Of a stretch of DNA of 64,000 nucleotides, positions 28,163 through 41,862 are shown one piece after another. The notes under the pieces are model-generated. The model saw nothing but the letters and a program-made list of their open reading frames with translations. It was not told the DNA's origin and did not search any database. Source of the stretch: Candidatus Latescibacterota bacterium. GTDB lineage: Bacteria > Latescibacterota > UBA2968 > GCA-2709665. The DNA is taken from positions 5,408,001-5,472,000 of the forward strand of contig OZ252100.1 of assembly GCA_965248435.1 (NCBI GenBank), written 5' to 3'. Every line of letters begins with the position of its first letter. Within the stretch, counting starts at the first letter, position 1. The position numbers and the translations under genes were made by a program.

Positions 28163-28696
28163 ATGAAATGGTACGCCGTGCATACCTATTCTGGTCACGA
28201 AAATAAGGTCCGCTCCTACATCGAAGGGGCCAAAGATGGCGCTGGAATCGGGGAGCGCATCGGCCGCGTCGTGGTTCCCACAGAAGAAGTGGTAGAAATG
28301 AAGGACGGTCGCAAGACCACGTCCTTGAAAAAATTTCTACCGAGCTATGTTCTTGTGGAGATGGAACTCGACAAAGAGACTCTTCATTTTGCGACGAGTG
28401 TTCCCGGGGTGACCAGTTTTGTCGGGCCGGGAAAGCATCCACAGCCGCTCAGGGAGGAAGAAGTCGAGCGCGTATTGGGGCAGATCGATCGGCGCAAGGA
28501 AGAAGACGTGAAGGAGATGCCCTACCAAGTGGGGGATCGAGTCAAGGTGATTGACGGTCCGTTCAGCGACTTCATCGGATTGGTAGACGATATCAATCCA
28601 GAGAAAAGCAAGATCAAGGTCATGGTCAGCATCTTCGGCAGGAATACGCCGGTTGAGCTGGACGTTTTGCAGGTCGAGATTGCCACTGAGGCGTAA
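28163..28696 (+). CDS. nusG: Transcription factor NusG
   Basis: [15 protein letters not shown] motif, [11 protein letters not shown]. Confidence 0.98.
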   Translation: MKWYAVHTYSGHENKVRSYIEGAKDGAGIGERIGRVVVPTEEVVEMKDGRKTTSLKKFLPSYVLVEMELDKETLHFATSVPGVTSFVGPGKHPQPLREEEVERVLGQIDRRKEEDVKEMPYQVGDRVKVIDGPFSDFIGLVDDINPEKSKIKVMVSIFGRNTPVELDVLQVEIATEA

Positions 28697-28749
28697 AGCG
28701 CCGCCGCCGCTCGTTCCGTGTCGTTGTTAATTTTCGAATTCAGGGCAAA

Positions 28750-29175
28750 ATGGCGAAAAAAGTACTTTCGATGATACGGCTGCAAATTCCGGCGGGGCAG
28801 GCATCGCCTACGCCTCCTGTGGGGCCGGCCTTGGGACAACACGGTGTCAACATTATGGAGTTCTGCAAGGCGTTCAATGCCCAAACGCGGGATAAGCAGG
28901 GGCTCGTTATCCCGGCTGTCATAACGGTCTACGCAGACCGGAGTTTTTCCTTTATCCTGAAGAGCCCGCTGGCCTCCATCCTCTTGAAACGGGCGGCAAA
29001 GGTAGAAAAGGGATCTCCAGAGTCAAACCGGACAAAGGTGGGGACCGTAACGCGAGATCAGGTTCGGGAGATCGCTGAGTTGAAGATGGTCGACCTGAAT
29101 GCGAGTAGCATAGAGACTGCTGCTCGGATGATTGAGGGTACAGCCCGCAGCATGGGGCTAGAGGTGAGTGACTAA
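28750..29175 (+). CDS. rplK: 50S ribosomal protein L11
   Basis: [18 protein letters not shown]. Confidence 0.98.
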   Translation: MAKKVLSMIRLQIPAGQASPTPPVGPALGQHGVNIMEFCKAFNAQTRDKQGLVIPAVITVYADRSFSFILKSPLASILLKRAAKVEKGSPESNRTKVGTVTRDQVREIAELKMVDLNASSIETAARMIEGTARSMGLEVSD

Positions 29176-29196
29176 CGGAATCCTTTGAGGCACCAA

Positions 29197-29895
29197 ATGC
29201 CCAGGAAAAGAAGCAAGATCTATCGGGGCGCGTTGGAGCTTTTCGATCGTCAGAATCGGTATTCTCTGGATGAGGCGATGGGTTTACTCAAGCGGATGCC
29301 CAATCGAAAACTGGACGAGACCGTTGAGCTGGCTATCCGCCTTGGTGTGGACCCGCGGCACGCCGATCAACAGGTTCGCGGAACGGTCATCTTGCCTCAC
29401 GGCTTGGGAAAAGAGGTCCGGGTGGTTGTGTTCGCCAAGGGAGAGCTTGCGGCGAGCGCTCAGGAGGCCGGGGCAGATGTTGTCGGTGCCGAGGATCTGG
29501 TTGAAAAGGTTTCTGGCGGCTGGACGGAATTCGATATTGCGGTCTCTGCTCCGGATATGATGGGCGCCGTGGGCAAATTGGGGCGCATTTTAGGGCCTCG
29601 AGGGCTTATGCCCAATCCGAAGAGCGGGACGGTCACTCAAGACATTGAACGAGCCGTAAAAGAAGCGAAAGCGGGCCGGGTGGAATTCAGAGTGGACCGT
29701 GGAGGCAGCGTGCATTCTCCCATCGGCAAAGTTTCATTCGAGGAGGGCAAACTCCTCGAGAATGCGAATGCTTTGATTGACGTCATCTCAAGGGCGCGAC
29801 CGGCTTCCGCAAAGGGACAGTACATTCGATCTGTGACCCTTTCGACGACGATGGGCCCGGGGATCCGTCTGGACCGAGCAAGTTTTGTCAACTAG
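29197..29895 (+). CDS. rplA: 50S ribosomal protein L1
   Basis: [18 protein letters not shown]; ATG 29197. Confidence 0.98.
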   Translation: MPRKRSKIYRGALELFDRQNRYSLDEAMGLLKRMPNRKLDETVELAIRLGVDPRHADQQVRGTVILPHGLGKEVRVVVFAKGELAASAQEAGADVVGAEDLVEKVSGGWTEFDIAVSAPDMMGAVGKLGRILGPRGLMPNPKSGTVTQDIERAVKEAKAGRVEFRVDRGGSVHSPIGKVSFEEGKLLENANALIDVISRARPASAKGQYIRSVTLSTTMGPGIRLDRASFVN

Positions 29896-29912
29896 CAGGC
29901 TGGGAAACAAAG

Positions 29913-30446
29913 ATGCCTACGGCTGAAAAGGTTGCAGCTGTTGAAGAGCTTAGTGGAATCCTAAGACGGGCGAACGGGATCTACTTGACCGATTTTACGG
30001 GGCTGGATGTTCCTACGTTCGGCAGCCTTCGGCGGCGTCTTCGCGAGGAAGCTGTCTCCTGTCGAGTCGTTAAGAATCGTCTCGCGATTCTTGCGGCCAA
30101 AGACGCCGGTCTTAGCGGGCTTGACGCATTGTTGAGTGGGCCGACCGGTGTCGTTTACACCGAAGAAGATCCTGTTCTTCCCGCGAGGCTGCTAGCTTCG
30201 TTTGCAGATGGTGCCGACGGCCGTCCCGTGATGAAGGCTGGGCTGGTCGAGGGCAAGATCTACATCGACGATGAGCTAAAGACCCTGGCCTCATTGCCTC
30301 CACGAGAGGTGATGCTCGGGCAGCTTGTCGCTGCGGTACAAAGTCCAATCTCTGGTTTGGCCTTCTGTTTGGCTGGAACGATACAGAAGCTCTTAGGTAC
30401 GCTAAACGCCCTCGCAGAGCAGCGTAAAGAGGCCGAGGGTTCATAA
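29913..30446 (+). CDS. rplJ: 50S ribosomal protein L10
   Basis: VVKNRL, LSGPT, LASLP; synteny. Confidence 0.96.
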   Translation: MPTAEKVAAVEELSGILRRANGIYLTDFTGLDVPTFGSLRRRLREEAVSCRVVKNRLAILAAKDAGLSGLDALLSGPTGVVYTEEDPVLPARLLASFADGADGRPVMKAGLVEGKIYIDDELKTLASLPPREVMLGQLVAAVQSPISGLAFCLAGTIQKLLGTLNALAEQRKEAEGS

Positions 30447-30494
30447 TCGGGGCTTGTTGATATCAATCTCGAAAGGAGTTACGGAGGAAATGCT

Positions 30495-30866
30495 ATGAGT
30501 ATAGAAACAATTATCACCGAGATCGAAAAATTGTCGGTTCTCGAGCTGGCAGATCTGGTCAAGGCATTGGAGGAAAAATTTGGAGTCAGTGCCCAGGCCG
30601 CTGTTGTCGCCGCACCTGCTGCGGGCGCCGCTGCCCCGGCAGCCGAAGAGGAACAATCGGAATTCGACGCGATCCTCTCCGCTGTGGGCGATAAGAAGAT
30701 TCAGGTGATCAAGGTCGTTCGAAGCCTCACGAATCTGGGATTGAAGGAGGCCAAGGCTCTCGTCGATGGAGCCCCCAATGCCGTGAAGGAGGGGGTAACC
30801 AAGGAAGAGGCAGAGCAGATCAAGGCTGAGTTGGAGGAGGTTGGCGCTGTTGTCGAGATCAAGTAG
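30495..30866 (+). CDS. rplL: 50S ribosomal protein L7/L12
   Basis: [15 protein letters not shown]. Confidence 0.98.
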   Translation: MSIETIITEIEKLSVLELADLVKALEEKFGVSAQAAVVAAPAAGAAAPAAEEEQSEFDAILSAVGDKKIQVIKVVRSLTNLGLKEAKALVDGAPNAVKEGVTKEEAEQIKAELEEVGAVVEIK

Positions 30867-30902
30867 GCCGCACCGATTTCAGGCTGGCTTTACTACAGGA
30901 GA

Positions 30903-33900
30903 GTGAGCGCCTTGTCAGAGAACGGACATAAGGGATACATAGAAAGAACATCCTACAGCAGAATCGTTTCAGCGATAGAGATGCCAAATTTGCTGGACAT
31001 TCAGATCAACTCCTACAACTGGTTCTTGCAGAAGGATGTTCCGTCTGGAGAACGGAAAAACCAGGGCCTTCAGGCGGTGTTCAACAGCATCCTTCCCATT
31101 TCTGATGTGCACAATCTATACTCTCTTGAGTTTGTCGACTATTCTATCGGCACTCCAAAGTACGGAGTAGATGAATGCCTTGAGCGCGGGACCACATTCG
31201 CGGCCCCTCTTCGGGCGACGCTTCGGTTGATCTCACGGGAGAAGCAGGATAATGACGAATCCCGTATCAAAGACATCGTGGAACAGACGGTTTTCCTTGG
31301 CGAACTGCCGCTGATGACGCGGGGAGGGACGTTCATCATCAACGGCTCCGAGCGCGTTATTGTCAGTCAGCTCCATCGGTCTCCCGGCGTATTCTTTGAT
31401 GAGTCGATACACCCAAACGGGAAACGGCTTAATTCTGCCCGGATCATCCCGTATAAGGGTGCTTGGCTCGAGTTCAGTTTGGACATCAACGACATCATGT
31501 ACGTACACATCGATCGAAAGCGAAAGCTGCCGGTTACGACGCTGCTGCGTGCCCTCGGCTTCAGCAGTAACGGAGAAATTCTGGGTATCTTCCACGGGGA
31601 CAAGACGGTCCGCGTCAGCGACAATCCGGTGGGCGAGATTCTAACGGAAGATGTGGTCGACAAGAAGTCCGGAGAGGTCATCGTCGAGGCCCATCAGGTG
31701 TTGACCGAAGATCATATCGCAGCGCTCAAGAGCGGCCGAGTCACGCGGCTGACTGTTCTGGATGTAAATCTTGAAGACGATGGCGGGGTCATCTCCAATA
31801 CGCTTCAGAAGGACCCGTGCGACAACGAAGAAGAGGCGCTATCTCGGATCTATAACCTTTTGCGTCCCGGAGACCCTCCGAATATTGAAACGGCCAGAGG
31901 ACTGTTGGAGCGCCAGTTCTTCAGCCCAAAACGTTACAACCTTGGGGAGGTGGGTCGCTACCGAATGCGGCAGCGCCTCGATCTGAACATTCCTTTGGAC
32001 TATACCACCCTCTGTATCGAAGACTTCATCAGGGTGATTGAGTATCTGGTGATGCTCTTTAAGGGCGAAGGCTACACGGACGATATAGATCATCTTGGCA
32101 ACCGGCGAATACGCTCGGTGGGGGAACTGCTTGCCAATCAGTTTTCCATCGGACTCTCGCGAATGGTGCGGACCATCAGGGAGCGGATGAGCCTCAGGGA
32201 TTCCGAGCAGCTCACCCCGCACGACCTCGTCAATGCCCGGACGGTATCTACGGTTGTGCAGGCGTTTTTCGGCAGCAGTCAGCTCTCTCAGTTCCTCCAA
32301 CAGACCAATCCGCTGGATGAATTGACGCATAAGCGCCGGCTGTCCGCCCTGGGACCCGGGGGTCTGACGCGGGACAGGGCGGGCTTTGAGGTGCGCGACG
32401 TCCACCACACGCATTACGGACGGATCTGCCCGATCGAAACCCCAGAGGGTCCAAACATCGGTCTGATTGCGTCGCTTTCGACCTACGCCGTTGTCAACTC
32501 GTTCGGATTCCTGGAAACGCCATATCGGGTGGTGAAGAATGGGTCTGTAACGGAGGAAATCGAGTACCTCGCCGCAAATCAAGAGGACAAACATACCATC
32601 GCTCAAGTCATACCGAACATTGGAAAACGGCGACGTCTTGCCGACAGTGTCGTCCAGGCCAGGCGTCGGGGAGATTTTCCTGTCGTCGGCCCCAAAGAGA
32701 TCGACTACATGGACGTCTCGCCGTGCCAGCTGGTCAGCGCTGCTGCAGCGCTCATCCCATTCCTCGAGCACGATGACGCGAACCGCGCCCTAATGGGTTC
32801 AAACATGCAGCGGCAGGCAGTTCCTCTGTTGAGAACCGAGGCGCCTCTGGTTGGCACGGGCATGGAACGAAAGGTGGCTATCGACTCGAAAGCTGTTATC
32901 GTTGCCCGGTATCCGGGTACGGTCACGGACGTAAGCGCGGACCGAATCGTCGTCAAGCGCCATAAGGGAAAGGTCGCTGAAATCACCGACCTGTTCGACG
33001 AGGATATCTATCGTCTCGTCAAATTTAAACGTTCCAATCAGGATGTCTGCATCAACCAGCGCCCGATCGTCCAGGCAGGAGACAGGGTGGAAGCGGGCCA
33101 GGTGTTGGCTGATGGATGCGCGACGGATCGGGGTGACCTGGCGCTCGGCGCCAATGCCCTTTGCGCCTTCATGTCCTGGAACGGATACAACTTCGAAGAT
33201 GCGATCATCGTTTCCGAGCGGCTCACGAAGGCCGATATCTTCACCTCCATCCACATCGAGGAATTCGAGCTTCAGGTCAGAGATACGAAGCGAGGCGCCG
33301 AGGAGATTACTCGGGAGATTCCTAACGTAAGTGAACAGGCTGTCAGGAATCTGGATGAACACGGCATCATTCGGGTGGGCGCCGAGGTCAGGTCTGGAGA
33401 CATCCTGGTCGGTAAGGTCACGCCCAAGGGCGAGACGGAACTCTCTCCGGAAGAGCGCCTACTTCGTGCTATTTTTGGCGAGAAGGCCGGTGATGTTCGA
33501 GACGCCTCGCTGAAAGCCCCTCCCGGGATGGACGGTGTGGTGATGGACAGGAAGGTGTTTTCTCGCAAGGAGCGGGACGAGAAAACCCGAAAGGCGGACA
33601 GGGAGAAGGCTACCGCTGCGAAGAAGCGCACGGCTGTTAAAATCAAGGCGATCAAGGAGAGCCGTGACGAGCAGGTGTTCGAATTGCTGGAGGGACAACA
33701 GCTGAATCTGATCCGAAACACGGAAGACGGGTCTCTGGCGGCACGTTCGGGCAAGGTCTTTGACGAGAAACTCGCAGAACGCCTCGACCTCGATGTTGTA
33801 AGGCCGGATGAGCATTGGGTGGAGAACGCAACCATTTCCGATAAGGTCGAACGAATCATCGAGCTGGCACAGCAGCTCGTCCGGGAGGCCGAGGAAGGGT

Positions 33901-34691
33901 TGGAGCGCGAGTTGGAAAAGATCGCGCGAGGGGATGAATTACCTCCTGGAATCGTCCAGCTGGTCAAGGTCTACGTGGCGCGTAAGCGGAAGCTGATGGT
34001 AGGCGACAAGATGGCGGGGCGTCACGGCAACAAGGGGGTCGTCTCGATCATCGTACCAGAAGAGGATATGCCCTATCTGCCTGATGGTACCCCGGTGGAT
34101 TTCATCCTGAATCCACTGGGCGTGCCTTCGCGCATGAACCTTGGGCAGATCCTGGAGACGCACCTCGGTTGGGCCGCCCAAAAACTGGGCAGGCATATTG
34201 CAACACCCGTGTTTGACGGGGCCTCGCTGGAGAACATCAAGGAGGCCTTGAGGGAAGCGGGGCTGCCCGAATCGGGCAAGTCCGTTCTTTACGATGGAAA
34301 GACCGGAGAGCGCTTCGATAAGGAAGTCATGGTCGGTCAAATTTACATGTTGAAACTGTCACATCTTGTCAGTGACAAGATCCACGCCCGATCCATCGGC
34401 CCTTACTCGCTTGTAACACAACAGCCCCTGGGGGGCAAGGCGCAGTTCGGTGGGCAGCGGTTCGGGGAGATGGAGGTGTGGGCCCTGGAGGCCTACGGCG
34501 CCGCCTACATGTTGCAGGAGATGCTTACGGTTAAATCGGACGACGTCGCCGGGCGCTCCAAGGTCTACGAGGCTATCGTAAAAGGTGAGAACCCACCTGA
34601 GCCGGGCGTGCCCGAGTCGTTCAATGTGCTGGTGAAAGAGCTCCAGAGCCTTTGCCTAGATGTGGTGCTAGAAGATGGACGTCCTGAGTAG
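30903..34691 (+). CDS. rpoB: RNA polymerase beta subunit
   Basis: [37 protein letters not shown]. Confidence 0.99.
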   Translation: MSALSENGHKGYIERTSYSRIVSAIEMPNLLDIQINSYNWFLQKDVPSGERKNQGLQAVFNSILPISDVHNLYSLEFVDYSIGTPKYGVDECLERGTTFAAPLRATLRLISREKQDNDESRIKDIVEQTVFLGELPLMTRGGTFIINGSERVIVSQLHRSPGVFFDESIHPNGKRLNSARIIPYKGAWLEFSLDINDIMYVHIDRKRKLPVTTLLRALGFSSNGEILGIFHGDKTVRVSDNPVGEILTEDVVDKKSGEVIVEAHQVLTEDHIAALKSGRVTRLTVLDVNLEDDGGVISNTLQKDPCDNEEEALSRIYNLLRPGDPPNIETARGLLERQFFSPKRYNLGEVGRYRMRQRLDLNIPLDYTTLCIEDFIRVIEYLVMLFKGEGYTDDIDHLGNRRIRSVGELLANQFSIGLSRMVRTIRERMSLRDSEQLTPHDLVNARTVSTVVQAFFGSSQLSQFLQQTNPLDELTHKRRLSALGPGGLTRDRAGFEVRDVHHTHYGRICPIETPEGPNIGLIASLSTYAVVNSFGFLETPYRVVKNGSVTEEIEYLAANQEDKHTIAQVIPNIGKRRRLADSVVQARRRGDFPVVGPKEIDYMDVSPCQLVSAAAALIPFLEHDDANRALMGSNMQRQAVPLLRTEAPLVGTGMERKVAIDSKAVIVARYPGTVTDVSADRIVVKRHKGKVAEITDLFDEDIYRLVKFKRSNQDVCINQRPIVQAGDRVEAGQVLADGCATDRGDLALGANALCAFMSWNGYNFEDAIIVSERLTKADIFTSIHIEEFELQVRDTKRGAEEITREIPNVSEQAVRNLDEHGIIRVGAEVRSGDILVGKVTPKGETELSPEERLLRAIFGEKAGDVRDASLKAPPGMDGVVMDRKVFSRKERDEKTRKADREKATAAKKRTAVKIKAIKESRDEQVFELLEGQQLNLIRNTEDGSLAARSGKVFDEKLAERLDLDVVRPDEHWVENATISDKVERIIELAQQLVREAEEGLERELEKIARGDELPPGIVQLVKVYVARKRKLMVGDKMAGRHGNKGVVSIIVPEEDMPYLPDGTPVDFILNPLGVPSRMNLGQILETHLGWAAQKLGRHIATPVFDGASLENIKEALREAGLPESGKSVLYDGKTGERFDKEVMVGQIYMLKLSHLVSDKIHARSIGPYSLVTQQPLGGKAQFGGQRFGEMEVWALEAYGAAYMLQEMLTVKSDDVAGRSKVYEAIVKGENPPEPGVPESFNVLVKELQSLCLDVVLEDGRPE

Positions 34692-34724
34692 CTACGATTC
34701 ATTTGTAAAAAGGGGGCAATCCTC

Positions 34725-37700
34725 GTGGTCGACGTGAATCCTTCCAGGCGACCTGTAGACTTCAGTTCCATCCGCATCCAATTAGCATCATCAGATACCA
34801 TTCGGGGATGGTCTCACGGGGAAGTAACCAAGCCTGAAACGATCAATTACAGATCATTCAAGCCGGAAAGAGACGGTCTGTTTTGCGAGCGGATCTTTGG
34901 ACCCGTTAAGGATTGGGAGTGCCACTGTGGCAAATACAAACGCATCCGGTATCGGGGAGTGGTTTGCGATCGGTGTGGCGTGGAAATCACGCAGTCTCGC
35001 GTGCGTCGGGAGCGGCTTGGACACATCGAACTTGCAGTGCCCGTATCGCACATCTGGTTTTTCAAATCGCTTCCATCCCGGATGGGTTATCTCCTGGATA
35101 TGTCCATTCGCAACCTTGAACGTGTGATTTATTACGAATCCTACGTTGTGATGGATCCTGGGGACGCCCCGGACCTGAAGTATAAAGATCTGCTTTCCGA
35201 AGACGAGGTGATGGAACTCCAGGAAAAGGGCTATAACTTCGAGGTGGAGATGGGGGCCGACGCTGTGAATCTGCTCCTCTCCCAGATTGATATCGAGGAA
35301 CTCTCGGCCGAACTGCGGACGCAGGCCCGCATGGAAACCTCTGTCCAGCGCAAGCAGGAAGCCTTAAAACGTCTGAAGGTGGTCGAGGCCTTTCGACAAT
35401 CCGACAATCACCCCGGGTGGATGATCCTCGATGCGATTCCCGTAATTCCGCCGGACCTAAGGCCGCTCGTTCCATTGGAAGGTGGTCGATTTGCCACATC
35501 GGATCTAAACGATCTATACCGGCGCGTAATCAACCGGAACAATCGCCTCAAAAAGCTGATCGAGATCAAGGCGCCAGAAGTCATCCTCAGAAACGAAAAA
35601 CGGATGCTCCAGGAAGCGGTCGACGCCCTATTCGACAACGGGAGGAGATCCAGGGCTGTGCGCGGCGACGGAAATCGCTCGCTAAAATCCCTTTCAGATC
35701 TGTTGAAGGGAAAACAGGGGCGATTTCGTCAGAATCTTCTCGGAAAGCGCGTTGACTATTCGGGGCGTTCCGTAATTGTAGTGGATCCGCAGCTGAAGCT
35801 CCATCAGTGTGGCCTACCCAAGCACATGGCGCTCGAACTCTTCAAGCCCTTCATCATCAAGCAGCTCGAAGAGAGAGGGCTTGTGCAGACGGTCAAGAGT
35901 GCAAAAAAACTGGTAGAAAGAGAGCGCGTAGAGGTTTGGGATATTCTTGAGGAAATCATAAAGGATCACTACGTGCTGCTCAACAGGGCCCCGACGCTTC
36001 ACCGTCTGGGGATCCAGGCCTTTCAGCCCGTGCTGGTCGAGGGTAAGGCGATACGCATACACCCGCTTGTTTGTGCGGCCTTCAACGCCGATTTCGACGG
36101 GGACCAGATGGCTGTCCACCTGCCGCTTTCGTTTGAGGCACAGATTGAGGCTCGCGTACTGATGTTGTCTTCCAACAACATGCTCAAGCCTGCAGACGGG
36201 TCGCCCGTCATCGTGGATAAGCCTCACGACATTGCGTTGGGGTGTTATTATCTCACCCGAATCGTCCAGAAGGATGAGGGTACTCTCAAATCCTTTACCA
36301 GCCCCTTGGACGCCTTGATGGCGCACGAATATGAGTGCATCGGGCTCCACGAGGCTATTCGGGTCAGGATCGAGGGTGAATCCGTGACTACCACCGTCGG
36401 GCGTGTGATCTTCAATGAGATCCTCCCCGAGGGCATGCCCTTCGTGAATGAACTGCTGGACAAGCAAATGATCCAGAAGGTCACATCTGACGTCCATCGA
36501 CGCTTCGGGAACAGGGCGACCGCAGAATATGCCGACGGGCTCAAGCGCCTCGGGTATGATTACGCTACTCGTTCAGGAGTCTCGGTCGCGATGGACGACG
36601 TGGTTGTGCCTCCGCAAAAACAGGATCTGATCGACGAAGCTCAGGGGGAAGTGGAAAAGATCCTTCAGCAGTATGCGCAGGGGATCATTACCGACGGTGA
36701 GCGCTACAACAAGGTTATCGACGTGTGGCAACATACTACCAACAACATCGCCCAGGTTATGAACGAGGCACTTGAGCAGGCCGAAGACGGGTTTAACTCC
36801 ATTTACCTTATGAAGGATTCAGGTGCAAGAGGAAGCGACGACCAAGTGAAACAGCTCGGAGGTATGCGTGGATTGATGAACAAGCCCCAGAAAAAGATCA
36901 CGGGTGCGATTGGCGAAATCATCGAGACACCTATTCTCGCCTCCTTCAAAGAAGGACTCTCGGTTCTGGAGTACTTTATTTCGACCCACGGCGCACGCAA
37001 GGGTTTGGCTGATACGGCGCTGAAAACAGCGGAGGCGGGCTACCTGACTCGTCGCATGGTTGATGTAGCACAGGACGTCGTTGTTGCGGAAGGGGATTGC
37101 GAGACGATACTTGGAATCGAAATGGAGGCGTTGAAGGAAGGCGAAGAGGTTGTTGAGCCTCTGGCGGATCGGATTGTCGGGCGAACCGTCCTAGAGGACG
37201 TTGAAGATCCTATTTCCGGAGACACGATCGTCGAGGCCGGTACGCTCCTAAGTGAGGAGCTTGCTGCAGAAATCGCAGACGCGGGCGTTGAGCGTGTGCA
37301 CGTCAGGTCTGTGCTCACCTGTGAAGCGCGCCGCGGTATTTGTGCCAAATGTTATGGTCGGAATCTAGCTTCCACGCGTTTGGTGGATCTCGGGGAGGCC
37401 GTTGGGGTCATCGCAGCTCAGAGCGTGGGTGAACCGGGTACACAGCTTACCCTCAGGACCTTCCACATCGGGGGTACCTCCAGCCGTATTGCGGAGCAGG
37501 CAGAGATCACTGCAAAACGGGGGGGGGTCGTCCGGTTCAATCATCTGGATCACGTGTCCAGGGGCGACGGCAGATGGGTGGTCATCGGGCGAAACGGCGA
37601 ACTGGAGGTCCAGGACGATCAGGGAAGGCCTCGGGGTGGACGATATTTTGTGCCCTATGGGGCAGTCATCAAGGTTCAAGATGATCAGACGGTTGAGGAA

Positions 37701-38816
37701 GGGGATGCCCTCTATGAATGGGATCCCTACAACAACATCATTGTGACGAGCAAGGCCGGCACGGTGCATTTCGTAGATCTGGTGGAGAACGTCACTTATC
37801 GGGAAGAGGCCGATGAGACGACTGGTCTTGCAGCGCAGGTCGTCACCGAACATCGGGACCGTACTCTTTCTCCTCGCATCCAGATCGTGGACAAACAGGG
37901 GGAAGAGATTGGGCATTACATCATTCCAGTTGGTGCCAGGCTTGTTATACACGACGGCGATCAGCTGGAGGCCGGAGACACGCTCGTTAAAATACCACGG
38001 GAGCGTAGCAAGACTAGAGATATCACTGGAGGATTGCCTCGTGTCGCGGAGCTTTTCGAGGCACGTAAGCCGAAGGATCCGTCGGTCGTGACCGAAATCG
38101 ATGGAACCGTGAGTTTTGGAGGTCTCGTTCGGGGGTCCAGGACTGTTTTTGTCACCTCCGATGACGGGGAGGAGCGCAAGTATTCGATTCCCTACGGGAA
38201 GCACCTTCGTGTCCAGGCCGGCGATCGTGTTCTGGCTGGCGATCGGCTTTCCGAGGGTTCCGTGAACCCGCACGATATTTTGAGTATTCAGGGCATCCAA
38301 ATGGTGCAGGAGTATTTGGTCAACGAAATCCAGGCTGTCTACCGGTTGCAGGGAGTCGGAATTAATGACAAGCATATCGAGACCATTGTCCGCCAGATGC
38401 TCCAGAAGGTCCAGGTGACCGATCCCGGGGATACGAATTTTCTGGAGGGGGAGATGGTGGATCGGTTCCGCTTCCAGGAAGAGAACGAGAAAGTTATTTC
38501 GGAGGGCGGCGACCCGGCCACGTTCCAGCCTGTGCTCCTTGGAATCACGAAGGCATCTCTCATGACCGAGAGTTTTATTTCTGCTGCGTCGTTCCAGGAG
38601 ACGACCCGCGTCTTGACAGAAGCGGCTGTGCAAGGGAAGGAGGACGGCCTGCTCGGTCTGAAGGAGAATGTCATTATCGGGCATCTCGTTCCTGCGGGCA
38701 CGGGAGCAGAAAAGTATCGGGGGATATACAGTGTTCCGGTCGTAAAGGAGGCACCAGAAGGGTCAGCCGCAGAGGGAAGCGAAGAAGAGGCTGAGGTTCA
38801 AGAAGTGAGCGTCTGA
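34725..38816 (+). CDS. rpoC: RNA polymerase beta' subunit
   Basis: NADFDGD, Zn ribbons, [13 protein letters not shown]. Confidence 0.99.
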   Translation: MVDVNPSRRPVDFSSIRIQLASSDTIRGWSHGEVTKPETINYRSFKPERDGLFCERIFGPVKDWECHCGKYKRIRYRGVVCDRCGVEITQSRVRRERLGHIELAVPVSHIWFFKSLPSRMGYLLDMSIRNLERVIYYESYVVMDPGDAPDLKYKDLLSEDEVMELQEKGYNFEVEMGADAVNLLLSQIDIEELSAELRTQARMETSVQRKQEALKRLKVVEAFRQSDNHPGWMILDAIPVIPPDLRPLVPLEGGRFATSDLNDLYRRVINRNNRLKKLIEIKAPEVILRNEKRMLQEAVDALFDNGRRSRAVRGDGNRSLKSLSDLLKGKQGRFRQNLLGKRVDYSGRSVIVVDPQLKLHQCGLPKHMALELFKPFIIKQLEERGLVQTVKSAKKLVERERVEVWDILEEIIKDHYVLLNRAPTLHRLGIQAFQPVLVEGKAIRIHPLVCAAFNADFDGDQMAVHLPLSFEAQIEARVLMLSSNNMLKPADGSPVIVDKPHDIALGCYYLTRIVQKDEGTLKSFTSPLDALMAHEYECIGLHEAIRVRIEGESVTTTVGRVIFNEILPEGMPFVNELLDKQMIQKVTSDVHRRFGNRATAEYADGLKRLGYDYATRSGVSVAMDDVVVPPQKQDLIDEAQGEVEKILQQYAQGIITDGERYNKVIDVWQHTTNNIAQVMNEALEQAEDGFNSIYLMKDSGARGSDDQVKQLGGMRGLMNKPQKKITGAIGEIIETPILASFKEGLSVLEYFISTHGARKGLADTALKTAEAGYLTRRMVDVAQDVVVAEGDCETILGIEMEALKEGEEVVEPLADRIVGRTVLEDVEDPISGDTIVEAGTLLSEELAAEIADAGVERVHVRSVLTCEARRGICAKCYGRNLASTRLVDLGEAVGVIAAQSVGEPGTQLTLRTFHIGGTSSRIAEQAEITAKRGGVVRFNHLDHVSRGDGRWVVIGRNGELEVQDDQGRPRGGRYFVPYGAVIKVQDDQTVEEGDALYEWDPYNNIIVTSKAGTVHFVDLVENVTYREEADETTGLAAQVVTEHRDRTLSPRIQIVDKQGEEIGHYIIPVGARLVIHDGDQLEAGDTLVKIPRERSKTRDITGGLPRVAELFEARKPKDPSVVTEIDGTVSFGGLVRGSRTVFVTSDDGEERKYSIPYGKHLRVQAGDRVLAGDRLSEGSVNPHDILSIQGIQMVQEYLVNEIQAVYRLQGVGINDKHIETIVRQMLQKVQVTDPGDTNFLEGEMVDRFRFQEENEKVISEGGDPATFQPVLLGITKASLMTESFISAASFQETTRVLTEAAVQGKEDGLLGLKENVIIGHLVPAGTGAEKYRGIYSVPVVKEAPEGSAAEGSEEEAEVQEVSV

Positions 38817-38849
38817 AGCTGCTCTACACAACGATCCTCGGAGTTCAAT

Positions 38850-39224
38850 TTGCCTACGATCAACCAGCTTGTGCGTAAAGGTCGGAAGTTGAAGGCCAAG
38901 CGTTTTTCTGCTCCTGCTTTGCGGGGGTGTCCACAAAAGCGAGGGGTATGTACGCGTGTTTACACGACCACTCCCAAAAAGCCAAATTCCGCACTGAGGA
39001 AAGTCGCTCGCGTGCGACTGACGAATGGGATGGAGGTGACGGCGTATATCCCTGGCGAGGGTCACAATCTTCAGGAGCACTCAGTCGTGCTGATCCGCGG
39101 AGGTCGCGTGAAGGACCTGCCTTCCGTTAGATACCACATCATTCGTGGCGTCCTGGATACAACAGGTGTATCGGATCGTAGACAGGGGCGCTCAAAATAT
39201 GGGGCAAAGACCTCAAGGCAATAG
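38850..39224 (+). CDS. rpsL: 30S ribosomal protein S12
   Basis: [19 protein letters not shown]. Confidence 0.99.
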   Translation: MPTINQLVRKGRKLKAKRFSAPALRGCPQKRGVCTRVYTTTPKKPNSALRKVARVRLTNGMEVTAYIPGEGHNLQEHSVVLIRGGRVKDLPSVRYHIIRGVLDTTGVSDRRQGRSKYGAKTSRQ

Positions 39225-39227
39225 ACC

Positions 39228-39695
39228 ATGAGAAAAGGACGCGCAGATAAGCGGGACCTTGTTCGCGACCCAAAGTTCAACAGCATTCTGGTCACCCAGT
39301 TTGTCAGCTGCCTTTTCCGTAAGGGTAAGAAAAGCGTGGGCGAACGCACGTTTTACAAGGCGCTAGATCTTATTGGAGAAAGAACCGGCAAGGATGGCGT
39401 GGAAGTCTTCGAGCGCGCCGTGGAGAATGTGAAACCCTTACTCCAAGTTCGATCCCGACGGGTTGGGGGAGCCACTTATCAGGTCCCTGTCGAGGTCAGG
39501 TACGACGAGCGGCTATCGCTGTCGTTGCGCTGGCTGATTACCTACGCGAGGGGGCGGTCGGAAAGGACGATGGCTCAGCGGTTGGCCGGTGAGTTCACGG
39601 ATGCTGCAAACAACCAGGGTCGGGCTATGCAAAGGAAGGAAGAAGCCCATCGAATGGCAGAGGCGAATCGGGCCTTTGCCCATTACCGGTGGTAG
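39228..39695 (+). CDS. rpsG: 30S ribosomal protein S7
   Basis: [21 protein letters not shown]. Confidence 0.99.
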   Translation: MRKGRADKRDLVRDPKFNSILVTQFVSCLFRKGKKSVGERTFYKALDLIGERTGKDGVEVFERAVENVKPLLQVRSRRVGGATYQVPVEVRYDERLSLSLRWLITYARGRSERTMAQRLAGEFTDAANNQGRAMQRKEEAHRMAEANRAFAHYRW

Positions 39696-39700
39696 TTAAA

Positions 39701-41806
39701 ATGGCTAGAGAATACGAACTTGGACTGATCCGGAACATCGGTATTATGGCTCATATCGATGCTGGAAAGACAACCACGACAGAGCGCATCCTTTACTACA
39801 CGGGCCGGCTCCACCGAATGGGCGAGGTGCACGACGGGGCAGCCACAATGGACTGGATGGAGCAGGAAAAGGAAAGAGGGATCACGATCACTTCAGCCGC
39901 AACAACGTGCGCATGGAATGATCACCGCATCAACATCATTGATACGCCCGGGCACGTGGATTTCACGGCGGAGGTTGAGCGTTCCCTTCGCGTTCTTGAC
40001 GGTGCTGTGGGGATTTTTTGCGCGGTTGGCGGAGTTGAGCCCCAGTCCGAAACGGTCTGGCGGCAGGCCGACAAGTATAGAGTCCCTCGAATTGCTTTCG
40101 TCAACAAGATGGACAGGACAGGGGCTGACTACTTCCGCGTATTGGACATGATGAGGGAGCGGTTGGCATCAAACTTCGTACCGGTTCAAATTCCCGTCGG
40201 TTCAGGTGAGATGTTCAATGCTTTGATCGACCTCGTCAAGATGAAGATGGTTAGCTATCAGGAGGATACGCTGGGTACGGTATTTACCGAGAGCGAGATA
40301 CCTGCGGACCTTCGGGAGGAGGCCAAGTTGCATCGTGAGCACCTCTTGGAGGCCGTTTCCGATTTTGACGATACGTTGATGGAGAAATTCTTAGAAGGTA
40401 AAGAAATCTCTGAAGAGGAAATCAAGGCTGCTATCCGAAAGGCCGTAATCAATGTGAGTGCGGTCCCTGTCTTTTGCGGAGCGTCATTCAAAAACAAGGG
40501 TGTCCAGCGCCTTCTCGACGGAATAATCGACTACCTTCCTTCTCCTATGGACGTTCCTGGAGCCGAAGGTCATCATCCAATAAGCGGAAACATTGAAGAC
40601 AGACCGGTTTCGGACGATGCTCCGTTTTCGTCGCTGGCCTTCAAGGTAGTAACGGACCCATACGTCGGCAGGCTGACCTATTTGCGTGTTTATTCTGGTT
40701 GTATCAAGTCTGGCTCGCGGGTTCTCAATATCAATAAGGACAAGAAAGAACGAATCGGGCGGATGCTACAGATGCACGCGAATAAGCGCGAAGAAATCCA
40801 GGAGCTCCACACCGGCGACATCGCTGCAGTGGTGGGCTTGAAGCAGACAGCCACGGGCGAAACCCTGTGCGCAGAAGAACAGCCTATCCTTCTTGAGTCC
40901 ATGGAATTTGCCAAACCCGTTATATCCGTGGCCATTGAGCCGAGGACGAAGGCCGATCAGGATCAATTGGGGTCTGCCCTTGGCAAGCTAGCGGAAGAGG
41001 ATCCAACCTTCCAAGTGACCCAGGACGAGGAAACGGGGCAGACGATCATCTCCGGAATGGGCGAGCTGCACCTGGAAATCATCATAGACCGGTTGATGAG
41101 AGAATTTCGGGTGGCGGCCAACGTGGGCAAACCCCAGGTTGCGTACAAGGAAGCCATTAAAAAGACCGTCAAGGTTGAGGGGAGATTCGTGAGGCAGTCC
41201 GGAGGACGCGGCCAGTACGGTCACGTTTGGCTCGAAATTGGACCAGGAGAACCCGGCACCGGCCTGTTATTCGAGAGCAAGATCGTGGGTGGCAAGGTCC
41301 CAATCGATTATGTTCCCGCGGTTCGACGGGGAGTGCGGGAGGCGATGTTGGGGGGCGCAGTTGCCGGTTATCCTATCGAGGATGCGGTTGTCACGCTGTA
41401 TGACGGGTCTTCTCACGATGTAGACTCCTCAGAGATAGCTTTCAAGATTGCCGCCTCCATGGCCTTTAGGGAAGGCGTGAAAAAGGCTGATGCGCACCTG
41501 CTCGAACCCGTAATGGATGTCGAAGTCGTCGTCCCGGAGAAATATGTCGGCGATGTGATCGGGGATCTGAATTCGCGTCGAGGGAATATTGTTGGCGTTG
41601 TGAACAGACCGGACGCGCAGGTGATTACCGCCATGGTCCCTCTAAGCGAAATGTTCGGGTATGCTACGAAGCTCAGGTCCGTTACGCAAGGGCGTGCCAT
41701 CTATTCGATGGAGTTTTCTAGGTACCATGAGCTTCCCGAGAGTATTTCCGAAGAATTGGGACTTCTGGCGAGGGGCACAAAAAGGGCACCAATCGTCAGA
41801 AAGTAA
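39701..41806 (+). CDS. fusA: Elongation factor G
   Basis: [24 protein letters not shown]; ATG 39701. Confidence 0.99.
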   Translation: MAREYELGLIRNIGIMAHIDAGKTTTTERILYYTGRLHRMGEVHDGAATMDWMEQEKERGITITSAATTCAWNDHRINIIDTPGHVDFTAEVERSLRVLDGAVGIFCAVGGVEPQSETVWRQADKYRVPRIAFVNKMDRTGADYFRVLDMMRERLASNFVPVQIPVGSGEMFNALIDLVKMKMVSYQEDTLGTVFTESEIPADLREEAKLHREHLLEAVSDFDDTLMEKFLEGKEISEEEIKAAIRKAVINVSAVPVFCGASFKNKGVQRLLDGIIDYLPSPMDVPGAEGHHPISGNIEDRPVSDDAPFSSLAFKVVTDPYVGRLTYLRVYSGCIKSGSRVLNINKDKKERIGRMLQMHANKREEIQELHTGDIAAVVGLKQTATGETLCAEEQPILLESMEFAKPVISVAIEPRTKADQDQLGSALGKLAEEDPTFQVTQDEETGQTIISGMGELHLEIIIDRLMREFRVAANVGKPQVAYKEAIKKTVKVEGRFVRQSGGRGQYGHVWLEIGPGEPGTGLLFESKIVGGKVPIDYVPAVRRGVREAMLGGAVAGYPIEDAVVTLYDGSSHDVDSSEIAFKIAASMAFREGVKKADAHLLEPVMDVEVVVPEKYVGDVIGDLNSRRGNIVGVVNRPDAQVITAMVPLSEMFGYATKLRSVTQGRAIYSMEFSRYHELPESISEELGLLARGTKRAPIVRK

Positions 41807-41862
41807 TATAGCAGTAGGCCAGTTCAGAAGGCATTGCGGGCCATTCCACAGGAGGATCGAAC

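Noticed and set aside
31839-38684. Antisense ORFs up to 439 aa within rpoB/rpoC
   Set aside because: Shadow frames of highly conserved genes with no independent coding signal.
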